From positions 309,442,001-309,506,000 of the forward strand of contig OZ024740.1 of the NCBI GenBank assembly GCA_964016885.1: a stretch of 64,000 bases of DNA, read 5' to 3'. Each line of letters begins with the position of its first letter. The stretch's first letter is position 1. The DNA is from Eledone cirrhosa (taxonomy: Eukaryota). The position numbers and the translations under genes are program-made. The notes below the pieces were generated by a model. It saw only the letters and a list, made by a program, of their open reading frames with translations. It searched no databases and had not been told where the DNA came from. Of this stretch, positions 1-13,773 are shown piece after piece.

Positions 1-189
1 TCGATCCCTAAACCCCAAATTTCATGTCTTGTTCCTATAGTAGAAATGAGTATAACTGGTGAAAATTTTCACGCACCACCACGTTTGGCCCACTGTGCCT
101 CTCCTCCAGGACGTAATAGCCCTTTTGTGTCCTTGAGCTTGAGACCCCTCTTCTACCCCACCCCACATATATATTTTACTTTTTTTCTG

Positions 190-428
190 TCTCTGGACTA
201 CGCCCATGCTGGAGCATCACCTTGGTAGGTTATAGGGACGTCAACAAACCAACAAGCATTGGTGGGAGGGCAAACACAAGCGCAAAGACACAGACAGACA
301 TATATACATATATACGACGGGCTTCTTTTAGTTTCGATCTATCAAATCCACTCACAGGGCTTTGGTCGGCTCAGGCAGTGGGACTGAACCCGGAAATATG
401 TGGTTGGGAAACAAGCTTCTTGTCACAC

Positions 429-430
<2 letters not shown>
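190..430 (-). mobile_element. Second SINE family (tRNA-like head AAGAAGCTTGTTTCCCAACCAC...GGGTTCAGTCCC)
   Basis: B-box-like GGTTCAGTCCC; related decayed copies near 28740-28910 and 37210-37380. Confidence 0.5.
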
Positions 431-478
<48 letters not shown>

Positions 479-679
479 CGTGCGTGTGTGTATAATATAT
501 ATATTATACACACACACACACATATATATATATATAACTTTACGCACTTAAATATAAATGCATGTATATATATACAAATGTATAAATGCATAGCTAGCTA
601 TATACATACGTAAATGTATGTATGTATATATGTATGTATGTATGTAGATTTATATATATGTATGTATATATGTATGTAG

Positions 680-739
<60 letters not shown>

Positions 740-741
<2 letters not shown>

Positions 742-1385
742 GTTTACATATATATAAAGTCATAGATATATATGTGTTTTGCAGCGGGTCACGTTGTGGC
801 TCAATGAAGAATTAATATATTAAATAATCAGAGCTATATATCATAAAACATGTCTATAGAATCACTAGATAAAATATATACCGTTTCCTCTCCCAATTAG
901 CATAATTAACCATATTAAAAAATCAATTAGACCAAGCTCTAAGAATAAAGGCTTCTATGAAGAAATCTCCAACAAATAACCGAAAGCAGCCCCTTCGCGG
1001 CGGTTACGACGGAGTATTTATCGAACATTTCGACAGCATGTATAAATGGACCAGATATACAGTCAACTAAACATAATTAAGTGTAAAATAAACTTGGAAG
1101 AAATGTGTACATATTTATTTACCTCTACTATGGTTTCGTCCGTATTTTAAGACATCCGATAACAGGGGACATCCAGAGCTTCAGATTCATCAGGAGTTAT
1201 CTCAAATTTAGACAATTAATTTTCCAAAGTGATCGCGCCAAGAATACATTCAAAAATGGCTAAGAATCGTGACGTGGCAGCGGTCAAGTTAGAAAGGATG
1301 TGATTAGTTGCTTACGGTTGGTAGGTTTATTGCTAGAAAGCGCAGCCCAATACAGGAAACGGTATATATTTTATCTAGTGATTCT
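740..1385 (-). mobile_element. Older copy of the 673-nt hammerhead element family (degenerate ribozyme at 1122-1196)
   Basis: Similar to 13774-14473 but in permuted order. Minus strand reads CTC-CTGATGA-ATCTG...CGGAC-GAAAC-CATA-GTA-GAG. Confidence 0.75.
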
Positions 1386-1399
1386 ATAGACATGTTTTA

Positions 1400-1462
<63 letters not shown>

Positions 1463-1464
<2 letters not shown>

Positions 1465-2102
1465 CGATATTAACAAATGGAAACTATATTTATAAAACCA
1501 TATTTATTCCATTATACATATTTCAAGGACACCAAGTTAAATTATGGTGTGCTTTAATCAGATAAAATATAATATAGATCAGTTTTATAAATAAATATTG
1601 ACATACTCTTAAAAAATGCAACCATTACTGTTGGAAGCTCCCGGATAGTGGAATTGTAGCTTTAATTATATTATTAGTATTGGATATTTTTATTTTTAAA
1701 ATAAGCCGTTGGGTTACGGAGAAAGAGAAAGATAGAGAAGGAAAGAGAGAGAGAAAGACCAGAACAACAGAGAGAGAAATATATATAGAGAGAGAGGAGA
1801 CAGAGAAAAGGAGAGAGAACGAAAAACTCTAAGTTGAGTTAACTTGTTGAGTTAACTTAACAATTGAGATGAAATGAATAAATAAAATTAGAAATGTTAA
1901 TAAAGCTACAACTCCACTATCCGGGAGCTTCCAACAGTAATGGTTGCATTCTTTAAGGGTATGTCAATATTTATTTATAAAACTGATCTATATTATATTT
2001 TATCTGATGAAAGCACACCATAATTTAACTTGGTGTCCTTGAAATATGTATAATGAAATAAATATGGTTTTATAAATATAGTTTCCATTTGTTAATATCG
2101 TA
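1463..2102. mobile_element. Fold-back element with about 200-bp inverted arms (1463-1664 / 1901-2102) carrying a hammerhead, within (TA)n
   Basis: The arms are reverse complements with few mismatches. The left-arm ribozyme copy reads CTGATTA (core mutated). Confidence 0.75.
1996..2060 (+). ncRNA. Type-I hammerhead ribozyme motif
   Basis: ATTTTAT-CTGATGA-AAGCACACCA-loop-TGGTGTCCTT-GAAA-TATGTA-TA-ATGAAAT. Stems I and II pair; near-palindromic loop 3; GUA cleavage triplet. Confidence 0.75.
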
Positions 2103-2187
2103 TTTTTAGTCCAAATATTTGTTGAGTGCTTTATATCAGTTATAAAAATATTTGCTTGTTGTATCCCAACAATTTAAATAGAACTTT

Positions 2188-2230
<43 letters not shown>

Positions 2231-2254
2231 ATTTATATATATATATGTATGTAG

Positions 2255-2288
<34 letters not shown>

Positions 2289-2547
2289 CTACATACATAC
2301 ATATATACATACATTTACGTATGTATATAGCTATGCATTTATACATTTGTATATATACATGCATTTATATTTAAGTGTGTAAGGATGTTGATATGATCTA
2401 TGTCTTCTTTTTTTGGTAAGGAGAACATTTTTGTCGCCAGATTTTATTATCTAGGGAGTTTAAATATCACACTTCTGGCTGAAAGTTGACCGGGTTCTCA
2501 ACTTCATCAAACACTAACGCCGGCCCGTGTGTGTATATATATATGTG

Positions 2548-2578
<31 letters not shown>

Positions 2579-3879
2579 GTGTGTGTGTATGTATGTGTGT
2601 GTATGTTCACCACCATTGCTTCTTCTTGTCATTTCTGTTGAAGTAGTCCTTACTTTCATTCTCTTTGATTTCTTTTGATTTTCTTTTATCTTCCTAGGGA
2701 ATTCGTTGACAAGCTTCTTTAATTTATTTTCTTTGTTTTCTTCATTCAAATCACTGACTGTCTAAGAGACGTACAAATATGACTTATAAAACTTACCAAA
2801 CTAAAGGGGCTTCTAGCGCCCTCAAAGTTTCAAACGCCCCCTTACTGCATAACGCCCCCTTGGAGCTACGAAACGCCCCCCCCCCCGTTGAGAACCTTTG
2901 ATCTACATGATAAAATGCACTTGATAGAACATGACAATGTATGTAGGTGAGATATCGGCATCCAGCCTATCTGAGAGATCAGTAGCTTCGTTTGAGTACA
3001 GACTTGGTTTGTGAACACCTGTTCAATCCTTGTTATCAGGGAAGATGGATGTTAAAAGATGATGTTTACTGTCCTCACACTTAAATGATGGAGTTAATCT
3101 CTGGACTAAATCCCTTATAGTACTCTCAGGTCCTAAATAATGGGAGGTTGGGGTGGAAAACTGATAATATTTTTAGGTTATCTCCATTGATTAAACCCCC
3201 CCCCCCCAGAATTAGTCGTTTAGTTTACATATTGGAACCCCAACCCATCTTATTTACTTTATAATATATGGGATTTCTAGTAATGTACGTTTTTGTCATG
3301 TATAATGTTTTTTAATGTATAAAGAAAATTAATTGGCAGGGGAAAGCTACTACTTAAAATAACATTTCTCCAGAGATAGATTAGCAAAATTTAATAAGTG
3401 GGGGGCAGGGGGATAGTGGAATAAGAACAGTGGGTGGAAAATTCTGAAAAATGAATAAGAAGTGGGGGATGGGGGATACGATTATTCAAAATTCCAGAGT
3501 ATTTACTTTTAGTAAATTTTTATTATTACACCCATCTCGTAAGTTATATAAAAGAAAAATTCAATTCAATGAATTTCACAAGGACCATATAAAAGAGCTT
3601 TTCATGAGAGCCTATATTTCCTTGATTTATTACATATAATTCTAGTAACAGAAACTACTGCTTCTTTCACACCCTTCTGTATGCTAATTATCCTTTCTTG
3701 GAAAGGAGGGTTGGGTCGATGGAAAAGTCTTCTCCTGGGGTAAACATGCAGGTAAGTGGATTAAATTTTATTGTTAGATTAGTATATATACCAACAGACT
3801 TATGTATATCTCAAATCGCATATGAGAAAGTAAAAATAGATGTCAGAAAAGGTATTGCTGTTACATTTCCAGACAGCAA

Positions 3880-4230
3880 AGGTCCTCCTATGGCACTGAC
3901 ATGCAGCATCTGTACAAGACTCTGCAAAGCTGGACTCAGGCTGGTGGACTACCAGGCTGCTGTTGGAGATGATACTCATCATACCTGTCAAGCATGTGGA
4001 AAAGAGTGTAGATCAGCAGGAGGGCTCAAACGACATGCAAAAGTACATGATGACCAACCACAGCCGGCTATTGCCAGTGAATGTTTTTATCATGGTTGCC
4101 AACTCTGAGCAAGACATTTTAGATTATTGGCTGGGCTAAAAAGCCACATTCGATCACAACACAATGATTCATTAATATATATGTTATTCATCGTGCAATG
4201 GCCATACAATAACAAGGGGGCAGCCATCAT
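3880..4230 (+). mobile_element. LINE 3' end with C2H2-like fingers
   Basis: CQACGKECRSAGGLKRHAKVH and AGLKSHIRSQH. The terminal ATCGTGCAATGGCCATAC...GGGGCAGCCATCAT recurs at 56604-56645, before a microsatellite tail. Confidence 0.55.
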
Positions 4231-4332
4231 GTACATATGTGTGTATGCATGCATGTATATATGTAGGTATATATATATATATATATATATATTTATTTGT
4301 CTGCCTCTCTGTTTTGTTCCCGTATAAATTTG

Positions 4333-4378
<46 letters not shown>

Positions 4379-4514
4379 ATTATTATTATTTATTTATGTT
4401 CATACACAGAACAAATGTGCTACCTAAGGTTTCAAGGCCCAATATTTACCATATCTCCAGGGGTCAATTGTGACCTAATCTTTAGGTGCTTTACGAGTTT
4501 ATAAGATACCGCTA

Positions 4515-4705
4515 AAAATAAGTGTTTCTACTTTAGGCACAAGGTCAGCAATTACCCAGTGCTTTACTGGTACTTTATTTTATCGACCCCGTAAGGATGA
4601 AAGGCAAAGTCAACCTCGGCGGGATTTGAACTCAGATCGTAAAAGAATGTAACTATGCTGTAAAGCATGGCGTCCGACCCTCTACCGATACTGCCAATCC
4701 ACCGC
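4515..4705 (-). mobile_element. tRNA-derived SINE (major family)
   Basis: A-box TGGCAGTATCGG, B-box GAGTTCAAATCCC, central GCCTTTCATCCTTACGGGGTCGATAAAATAAAGTACCAG (resembles a MetaSINE-type conserved domain). Confidence 0.85.
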
Positions 4706-5130
4706 TAAAAATAATGCATGCTAAAATGCTAGTTTATGAAAAACATATTTTAACTTTGGGCATCTTTACTGTCTCAGGACCAAGTATGCAGATACTATTG
4801 CATTCAAATTCAGAGAACTCTCTGAGCAAACTTAGGATGTTGAGACAGTCAAGATTATTCAGTGCAGCAGTTTCTGCTTCAGATGTTAAATGCTGTGGGT
4901 GAAAGAGGCTTGATATGGCACTGGATGGCAGAAGGTTTAATCAAGAGGTCAAAGTTTCCATCCGAGCAAAAAAGGAGGCTTACAAAGCTTGGCTTGGAAA
5001 TAAGTCTCCTTGTACTTGTGGTACAAGCAGGCAGGAAGAATCTATAAACCCACTGTACAAATTTATGATATTATTCCAATGCAAATAATCAATATTTTAG
5101 AGTATAAATAATAGAATTTCAAAAATAATT

Positions 5131-5226
5131 GTTGATACATGAAAAGATAGTCATGTTGATACATGAAAAGATAGTCATGTTGATACATGAAAAGATAGTC
5201 ATGTTGATACATGAAAAGATAGTCAC
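5131..5226 (+). repeat. 24-bp tandem repeat, four copies (GTTGATACATGAAAAGATAGTCAT)
   Basis: Direct reading; adjoins an imperfect inverted repeat at about 5210-5430. Confidence 0.9.
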
Positions 5227-5516
5227 CACAATGCAGATAACCATAAACTAGATAACTAGATAACTATAAACAAAGGTTGAATAAATCAAGTAAAGCACCC
5301 GTAGACAGAAGCACCTCTAGGGAATTAAATCACACTTCAGTCACCAAGGTTGTTTCACTTGATTTATTTAATCATTGCTTATAATTATCACATATTGTAG
5401 TTATCTGCATTGCAGTAACTATATTTTCAAATTTCAAAAAGGTTCACAAATCAAGCCAGTCTGTTATCTATTGACAACCCTTGCTAGCAGGGAAAATGAT
5501 CATTATCGTCACTAAC

Positions 5517-5547
<31 letters not shown>

Positions 5548-5819
5548 CGACGATGACTTTATTGTAATGAAGGAAAATGCAGAAAGCTACGAACTGCAGC
5601 AGATCATCCACTTCCTCTCATCTCTCTCACACTAAGAAATAAAATGAGATTTTTATATATACATGTTTTACATTAAACAATAAATCTTTTGATTTACACA
5701 TGTCACATTCCTAGCAACATTTCAAAATTTGCTACAGATGTTTCTTTAACTACATATGGGTCTCATATTTTCTGACTATAATGTGAAGAAAATATTCCAA
5801 AGATGTATGAATCATCTCA

Positions 5820-6385
5820 AATGAGCAAAAATAAGATATCTTCTTCTTCGCCTACTTATTCCTGCGAGTGTCGTGGGGTCAGAGACCTTAAACACTCCTT
5901 CCTGCGAATTCTGTCAGAAGCAACCATCTCCAATAGATCTTGCTGGATCGCCAAGCAAGACCAGCCAAGCTCATGGTTGTTATCCAACCATCTTGCTCAG
6001 GGTCTACTCCTGACTCTCCTGCCAATTGGTTTTGCCTGTAAAATCTGTCCAACAATTCTTTCCTGAGACATTCTAACCACATACCCATATTATCGGAGCT
6101 GTCATCTCTCAATTCAGAGAAGTAGCAGCTCTGCCTGGAGTGCCTCTCTGATATCTGAGCTACACACTCTATTGAGTAACATTACTCCAAAGAGCCTTTG
6201 GAGGAACCCCATTTTGGCCACCTGTATTTGCAATCGTATTCTTTTGGTCATTTCTCAGGATTCATAACTATAGGTAAGGGTTGGCATGAATACTGAATCG
6301 AAAATAGCGAGTTTGGCTTTTACACCTACCCCCCTTCTTCTGATTACTGAATGCTGAAGCTGGTACATTACTGCACCATATCCTT
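5820..6385 (-). mobile_element. RTE-clade LINE 3' fragment
   Basis: PTLTYSYESWE-like and terminal RT-thumb sequence; ends in an (AAG)n-like tail; similar to 11190-11650. Confidence 0.7.
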
Positions 6386-6539
6386 ATCAGGGCAGAGATA
6401 TCGTGGATGTCTGGTATTGCCACAGAAGTGGTATGATTGCTTGTGATTGGCTGCTGAAGTAAGTTTTGACAGAGCACACCAGCATTATTAGTCTCTGAAA
6501 GAGCATTAGAAAATTTAGGTTGAGCATACTCTTCATAGT

Positions 6540-6915
6540 CCTGTGCAATATCAAGAGATCTAGCTTGTTGGAAGGCTTCATCAAGTCATAGAGTTTTATT
6601 TTCTAGAAGACGCTGTCGGATAGTCCTTGAGTTCAAGCCTGATATAAAGGCTTCTCTGATAGATTTGTTGCTATACTCTTCTGCCGTGATAGGTTTGAAG
6701 TTACAGTCCTTTGCAAGTTTTCGTAGTGCCTGTAGAAATTCATCAAGGTATTCATTTGGTTACTGCTTCCTGGTTTCTAGCTGATGTCGTGCACTCATTT
6801 CACTCTTAGGTTTTACATATAGTGATGTCAGTGATTCTATTGCTGCATCATAGGAAGTGGAATCTGCTATGTAGTCATATACAGATGGCGAATCAAAGTT
6901 GATAAGCATATTGAG
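6540..6915 (-). pseudogene. Ty3/Gypsy gag relic
   Basis: Reading through stops gives YDAAIESLTSLYVKPKSEMSARHQLETRKQ*PNEYLDEFLQALRKLAKDCNF...IREAFISGLNSRTIRQRLLE. Confidence 0.75.
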
Positions 6916-7504
6916 TTGCATAGCTGCATCGGTGATATTAGCTGCTGAAAAATCAGCCGTCCACCACAAGAGACAATGTAACATTTTGCGGTATGTCAAC
7001 ATGCTCGCAGCATTACCGCAGATGTGGGCAAGGCTACTCTGAAAGTACTAACCATGGTGGTGTTTAGAGTTACCTCCCCTCCATTTAATTAATTAAGCTG
7101 GTGAACACGTATTTTTGAAAGACGTAAATATAACACGAAAGCAGGTGTTGAAATTCAAACCATAATGATGTAATTGAGTCCATAGATAAATTACAATATC
7201 TGTATCGATTGTCTTAACTTTATTATATCTAGACCTTTCATTTATGGAATATTAAGGTGGGTGAGTTGCACAAACTCTGGATATCGATCGGTTTACAAGA
7301 TATTCTACTCTAGCGCAAAGTTATTTTTCTTTATTACCTGAACTATAAATATATTTCATCTAAGTATTCCTCCCTGTTACTTTCTTTTCCTCTTATTTAG
7401 ACACACATTTCTTAAGCTCATAGAATTTGTTCACGCTGTTTCGGGGAGAATTGATGACTTTCGTTGTGTTGTGTAATTTTGAAAATACGCAAATATTACA
7501 TTAT

Positions 7505-7680
7505 AAATAATTGTTTCTACTTTTGGCACAAGGCCAGCAATTACTCAGTGCATTACTGGTGTTTTAATTTATCGACCCCTTAAGGATGAAAGGCAAAGTT
7601 AACCTCGGTGGGATTTGAACTCAGAACGTAAACTTTATGCTGTAAAGCATGGTGTCAGATGCTCTACCGATACTGCCAAT
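7505..7680 (-). mobile_element. tRNA-derived SINE (major family)
   Basis: Same consensus as 4515-4705. Confidence 0.85.
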
Positions 7681-8399
7681 AAATAATAATAGTTTGATGA
7701 TATCTAAGGGAAACAACTACAAATTATCTGTAGGGAACTTGAAATGATTAAAAGGCATTCTACAGAAATTGACTATACAGGGGGAAATAACTCGTTTGAC
7801 TTTCTGTGTTTAAAAAATGTCCGGAATTGTAAGTATTGATACTTGTCTTTTCCCAATCAGTGGGTTGATATCATAATAAAACATATTACAGCTTAGCTTC
7901 TATTATTTCAATTCTAAACTTCGCTCATTGCGTTCCAAACATACTTCCTATATTTATTTATGTTTATTTTGTAAATTTATATTCAATTACCTACAGTGGT
8001 AATTGAATAGTTAGTAACATAAAGAAGGGGATTTCAAAGTCTCACACAAGGATAAATTTTAATAACGTAGAAAAACATTGCATTCTTTTTTTTGTTATTG
8101 ATTGAATAAACTTGTTACAACTGAATACCTTTCGTTATAGGGCTGATGAGGGCGGTGGAATCCTTCCGAGGCTAGTTTTGCCTTTCACCCTTACGAGGTT
8201 TATAAAATATAACACCACCATATATATAAATATAACACCACCATATATATATATATATATATATACTGTATTTTTTTTTTAATTTCCAGTCTGAGGAGAA
8301 GATTGATAATGGTTAACCCTGAGCCAATCTTCTGTGAAACGCGCATAACATGTTGATACACAATAAAAAAACTAAATACATGTAAATGAAACTTTTTTC

Positions 8400-8670
8400 T
8401 TAATATATACACACTGTCTGTGCATCAAGTGCTCGTTTTGGTACCACCACCAGTAATTCACTGAATCATTTACACTATATATATCGACAGTCGATCGACT
8501 TTCGTCTTTCCAATTGCTAATACTATCTATCGGTCGCAACTCCAGGTAGAAGGAGCAACGTGAAATAAAGTGTCTTGCTCAAGAACATAACGCATCACCC
8601 GGGTCCGATAATCAAACTCACAACCTCACGATTATGCATCCAATTCTCTAACCACTCAGCCACACGCCTC

Positions 8671-8671
<1 letters not shown>
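8400..8671 (-). mobile_element. Third SINE family
   Basis: Head AGGCGTGTGGCTGAGTGGTTAGAG followed by TTCTTGAGCAAGACACTTTATTTCACGTTGCTCC; related copy near 37560-37770. Confidence 0.6.
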
Positions 8672-8737
<66 letters not shown>

Positions 8738-8761
8738 TGTATTCGTGAGTTTTATATAAAA

Positions 8762-8955
8762 TAATAATTGTTTCTACTTTTGGCACAAGGCCAGCAATTA
8801 CCCAGTGTATTACTGGTACTTTATTTTATCGACCCCATAAGGATGAAAGGCAAAGTTAACCTCGGCGGGATTTGAACTCAGAATGGCAAGGGCCGTATTT
8901 CTATGCGTAAAGCATGGCGTCCGACCCTCTACCTATACTGCCAATCCACCGCCCT
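8762..8955 (-). mobile_element. tRNA-derived SINE (major family)
   Basis: Full length including the GGGCGGTGGATTGGCAG head. Confidence 0.85.
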
Positions 8956-9084
8956 ACTGATACTGATACAATCCACCCACTCTACCGATACTGCCAATAT
9001 AATAATATTTGATTCGTTTGCCTGCAAACAGCCTCATTATGGTATGTTTTTTTAGATGACAATTATCATCCTTTTGTTCTAGAG

Positions 9085-9335
9085 TAGTCATAGGAAACCC
9101 GCGGCCCGCAAAGCTTTCTGAATGGCTCACCTAAGTCACCTAAGTGAAATCTTTCTGAATTTTTTACACCAACTTTTCGTCTTTCTATCATTTTTACGAT
9201 CGAGGAAAACAACTTGTACGAATTCTGAATAAACAAATCAGTTACCGCCCCTTTTTTAATATGTGGCCACGAATGTAAATGATGATGAACCATATCTCAT
9301 GCAGTCCCCTTCTCGAAAAAGGTTGCCCATGCCTG
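9085..9335. mobile_element. hAT-like MITE
   Basis: Imperfect 15-bp TIRs (TAGTCATAGGAAACC / GGTTGCCCATGCCTG) and an 8-bp TSD TTCTAGAG at 9077-9084 and 9336-9343. Confidence 0.75.
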
Positions 9336-9779
9336 TTCTAGAGAAGCAGTAAAAAAACATTGGGTCATTGCCCTTTGTCAAGATTGTGTATCTCTTTTCT
9401 TTTACTCACTAGAACTCTTGACAATATATAGTATTTTTTAAAGTAGTAACTCTTTCTTTCAAGTTCAGAGCAATTAATAGTTAATGCAATCCCAATGAAA
9501 ATGGCATTATCACTATCTCTTTGATTATATTGTATGTGTGCGCATGCGCACACATATATACATAAATAATTTATGTAGAGGTATAGAGAAAAAGACAGTC
9601 AGCCAAATAGTTAGAAAGACATTACATAGAAAGACTGACAGAGACAGAGAGCAGATAATAAAAGGATTAAGTGGAATTCGTGATATACATCATTACAACC
9701 AACTGATGCAACTGCCACCACCACCACCATCATAATGTATGTATGTATCCGTAACTCCTGATGGAGTCATAGATCTCCA

Positions 9780-10095
9780 AGTATCGGTCGCTCTCCGACA
9801 GGTTTGAGGCCGTGCCCCTGGCAGTGGAGACTTCTGGTATCTTTGGCCCCCTAGGGCTACCCCCCACTACTTAGCATCATGGGAGCTGAGCTGGCTAGCC
9901 ACATGTGTGAGCCTCGCGTAATGGAATGGCTCTTCCAGCGCATCTCCCTTTCTATTCTCCGGGGAAACGTCTTCTCCATTCTGTCCGCCGGGACCGTCGG
10001 GCGGCCAGCACGTGGGACCCCATTTGCTCATAATACAGAGAGATGAAGAGGGTGAGAGAGATGGAGGCGATGAGAGTGGGAGTTCGGCTCCTCCG
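9780..10095 (+). mobile_element. CRE-like LINE 3' fragment
   Basis: PLAVETSGIFGP and WLFQRISLSILRGNV motifs; other copies at 40795-41072 and 55085-55270. Confidence 0.65.
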
Positions 10096-10293
10096 TTTTC
10101 GTACACATTTATCAATTCTATGTTGCTACCTTCCTTATTAGGATTTAAATTTTAATTGATTTTGTTTTTGTTTGAGTGTTTTAGTTTTCATTCACCACTA
10201 GATAATGCCAACGCATTTATTTGGGGTATCAACATAAAAGGGCACTATAGTGATATACAGCAGCCGATTTTTTCTTTCAGAGAGAGAGAGAGA

Positions 10294-10350
<57 letters not shown>

Positions 10351-10568
10351 TTGCCCCTATCCTTGCACACATAAATCTTTGAAAGGATGAAAGACAATCT
10401 TGAACTCAGAGTTGGAATGCATACCACAAATCATTCTATCCACCGTTCAATTCACTGCCTATAACCATAAAATGAACATTATCATATATGAAATATATTC
10501 TATATCCCCCCAAATTTACAAAACTATATATTCTCTCTCTCTTTTATAAGTATAATGAGTACCCCCCC

Positions 10569-10630
<62 letters not shown>

Positions 10631-10675
10631 AAGTTAAATAAAAAGTCAAATGTTTAAAATTTAGCTTCGTTTATT

Positions 10676-10740
10676 ACTGCTATATATATTTCAGTGACAG
10701 CCATCTTTGGCTGTGACCTCTTCAGGCAGTCCGAATTAGT
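10676..10740 (-). ncRNA. Type-I hammerhead ribozyme motif
   Basis: ACTGC-CTGAAGA-GGTCACAGCCA-AAGA-TGGCTGTCACT-GAAA-TATATA-TA-GCAGT. Perfect stem I, long stem II, palindromic loop 3. The host element (about 10625-10845) is flanked by TA tracts. Confidence 0.85.
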
Positions 10741-11088
10741 GTGGTATAGACAAGTACATATGTTGTTGAGGTGTATAATTTTGTCAATACTCTGATATGC
10801 CCAGTTCCTGGTTGGGTTGTTATTTCACTGAGGAACTGGAATCATATATATATATATGTCATTTCTTTTGCTGTGTTTTACAGCTGACTGTCCTTGCCGA
10901 CATCATCCCATTTAATTGCCTCTTACAACATGAGGGATTTTATATGCCTATGTTAAAAGTTGGGATACACACATCTCTGAACTCGGCTGGTCTCACTTGG
11001 GGATCCAGTCAGATCAATTGGAGATAGTTGCTTTTGATAGGACCTTCCAAGAATAAGTGGGTGAAGAAGAAGGAGGGATACACACAAC

Positions 11089-11137
<49 letters not shown>

Positions 11138-11149
11138 GTGTGTGTATGT

Positions 11150-12320
11150 ATAGATCTACTTCACGCACCAGGAGTCTCGTGAGGGCAGATAACTCAAGCA
11201 CGCCTTCCAATAGGTCCTGTCAGAAGCAACCATCTCCAATTGGTCTGGCTGGACCCCAAAGTGAGACAGCCGAGCTCGTGGATGTTATCCAGTCATCTAT
11301 CTCAGGTTTGTCCGTAAAATCTGTCCAACGATTCTTTCCTGAGACATTCTAACCACATGTCTGTAGTATTGCAGCTATGATTTTTCAATTCGGAAACGTA
11401 GTGGCTCAACCTGGAGTGACTCTCCGATCTCCAAACAATGCACTGTGTCAAGTAACATTATTCCGAAGAGCCTTTGGAGGAACCTAATTTCAGCTGCTTG
11501 TATTTGCGACTGTATTATTTTGGTAATTACCCAAGATTCATGACCATAGGTAAGGGTTGGTATGAATACCAAATTGCAGATAGCGAATTTGGCTTTTACA
11601 CCTACCTCCCCTTTTCTGATGACTGACTGTTAAAGCTGGCGTATCACTGCACCAGCTCCTAGAAATCTTGCACTTAATTCAGCCTCCTTCCTTCCATGAC
11701 TTATGAAAACAGCCCCGAGATACTTGAACTTCTCTACCTGCTTCAGTGGAACTCCTCTCACATGTAGAGTGCACTGTGAGCTTTCCTTGAGAGGACAATT
11801 GTCGCAGTCTTCGCAGCAATAATTTTCATTCCTGCCATGCAAAAATCAGCAGCCAACCTATCAAGTGCATGTCAGAGATTACTTTATGATGAGTTAAGTA
11901 ATACCATGTCGTCTGCAGTGGGAATATTTAGTCGGCTGTTCTGCATTCAGGACGAAACCATATTGTTTGTCATCTATCTTAGACTGACAATATTCTTACA
12001 TCTCTTTGCCAGACACGTAGCGTAGACTTTACCAGTAATGCTTGACAAGGAGATTCCTCGATAATTGGAACAATCTCTCTTATTTCCCTTTTTGAAAATT
12101 GGAATTATCACGCCTTATTGGCATTGCTTAGGTGCCTTTCCAGAAATCCAAGCCACCCAACACAAATATGTCAGCCAGAGAATACATTCTCTATTTAAGG
12201 CTTTTACCATCTTGGGCTGAATTTCATCTTCCCCAGCAACTTTGCCAGATTTGAGCTCTTTAATTGCTTTTGACACCTCAAGGTTAGTGATCGGTCTGAT
12301 TCGTGTAATCAAAAGATGCT
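11150..12320 (-). mobile_element. RTE-clade LINE, decayed RT
   Basis: AIKELKSGKVAGEDEI, NYRGISL, QVEKFKYLG and PTLTYGHESW motifs in broken frames. Confidence 0.8.
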
Positions 12321-12575
12321 GTTGTGACCGGGTTTAGGAGCCGGTCACAACATCATCTTTTGATTACATGAGAGATGTATTGGAGGGTGGGTAGGGGTGG
12401 TCAATATATATGTATGTTTCAGCTTCAGCCTGTGCCTATGGGAAGGCGGGTCTTCTGTATTACTGTGTCTCTGAGAGGTGCAATTGGCAAGGTAAGCTTT
12501 TATAATCTCATCCCAAGTCTTCCTGGGTCTCCCCGCTCCAAGGCTTCCATCGACTTTGACCACTTTCTTTATATG

Positions 12576-13496
<921 letters not shown>

Positions 13497-13535
13497 ATAT
13501 ATATATATATATGGAAACTCTGCTTCGTAGAATCG

Positions 13536-13632
13536 AGACATATCTGAGGATCTTGCGATTTCAGAATCAGGTTTGATCATTGCATCGATCGTGCCTCGAG
13601 TTGGTCGCCAGAGAAATGATTGTAATATGTCT
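13536..13632 (+). ncRNA. Type-I hammerhead motif with extended stem II
   Basis: AGACATAT-CTGAGGA-TCTTGCGA...TCGCCAGA-GAAA-TGATTG-TA-ATATGTCT. Perfect 8-bp stem I; atypical U-A pair closing stem II. Confidence 0.7.
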
Positions 13633-13773
13633 AAAAAATATTATTCGTAGCACCACTGATTCTCCGTTTCTTATGTAATATTATACTCTGCTCTGTAAGA
13701 GCATTGAGTGCTCAAACGGCCTACAGCTTACGGACGCTTTAAGCATCCCACACCAATTATATATATATATATA

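Noticed and set aside
222-613. Many ORF-track entries with poly-YI, HT, RE, SL, Y or H runs here and throughout the window
   Set aside because: They are translations of microsatellites, not genes.
3698-4108. Possible host C2H2 zinc-finger gene
   Set aside because: Frameshifted, lacks TGEKP linkers, and ends in a sequence repeated at 56604-56645 before a microsatellite tail. Better explained as a LINE 3' end.
4620-4705. tRNA gene candidates (A and B boxes)
   Set aside because: They are SINE heads; no cloverleaf, and all are attached to the SINE body.
5131-5226. CRISPR-like repeat
   Set aside because: Contiguous tandem units with no spacers, in eukaryotic DNA.
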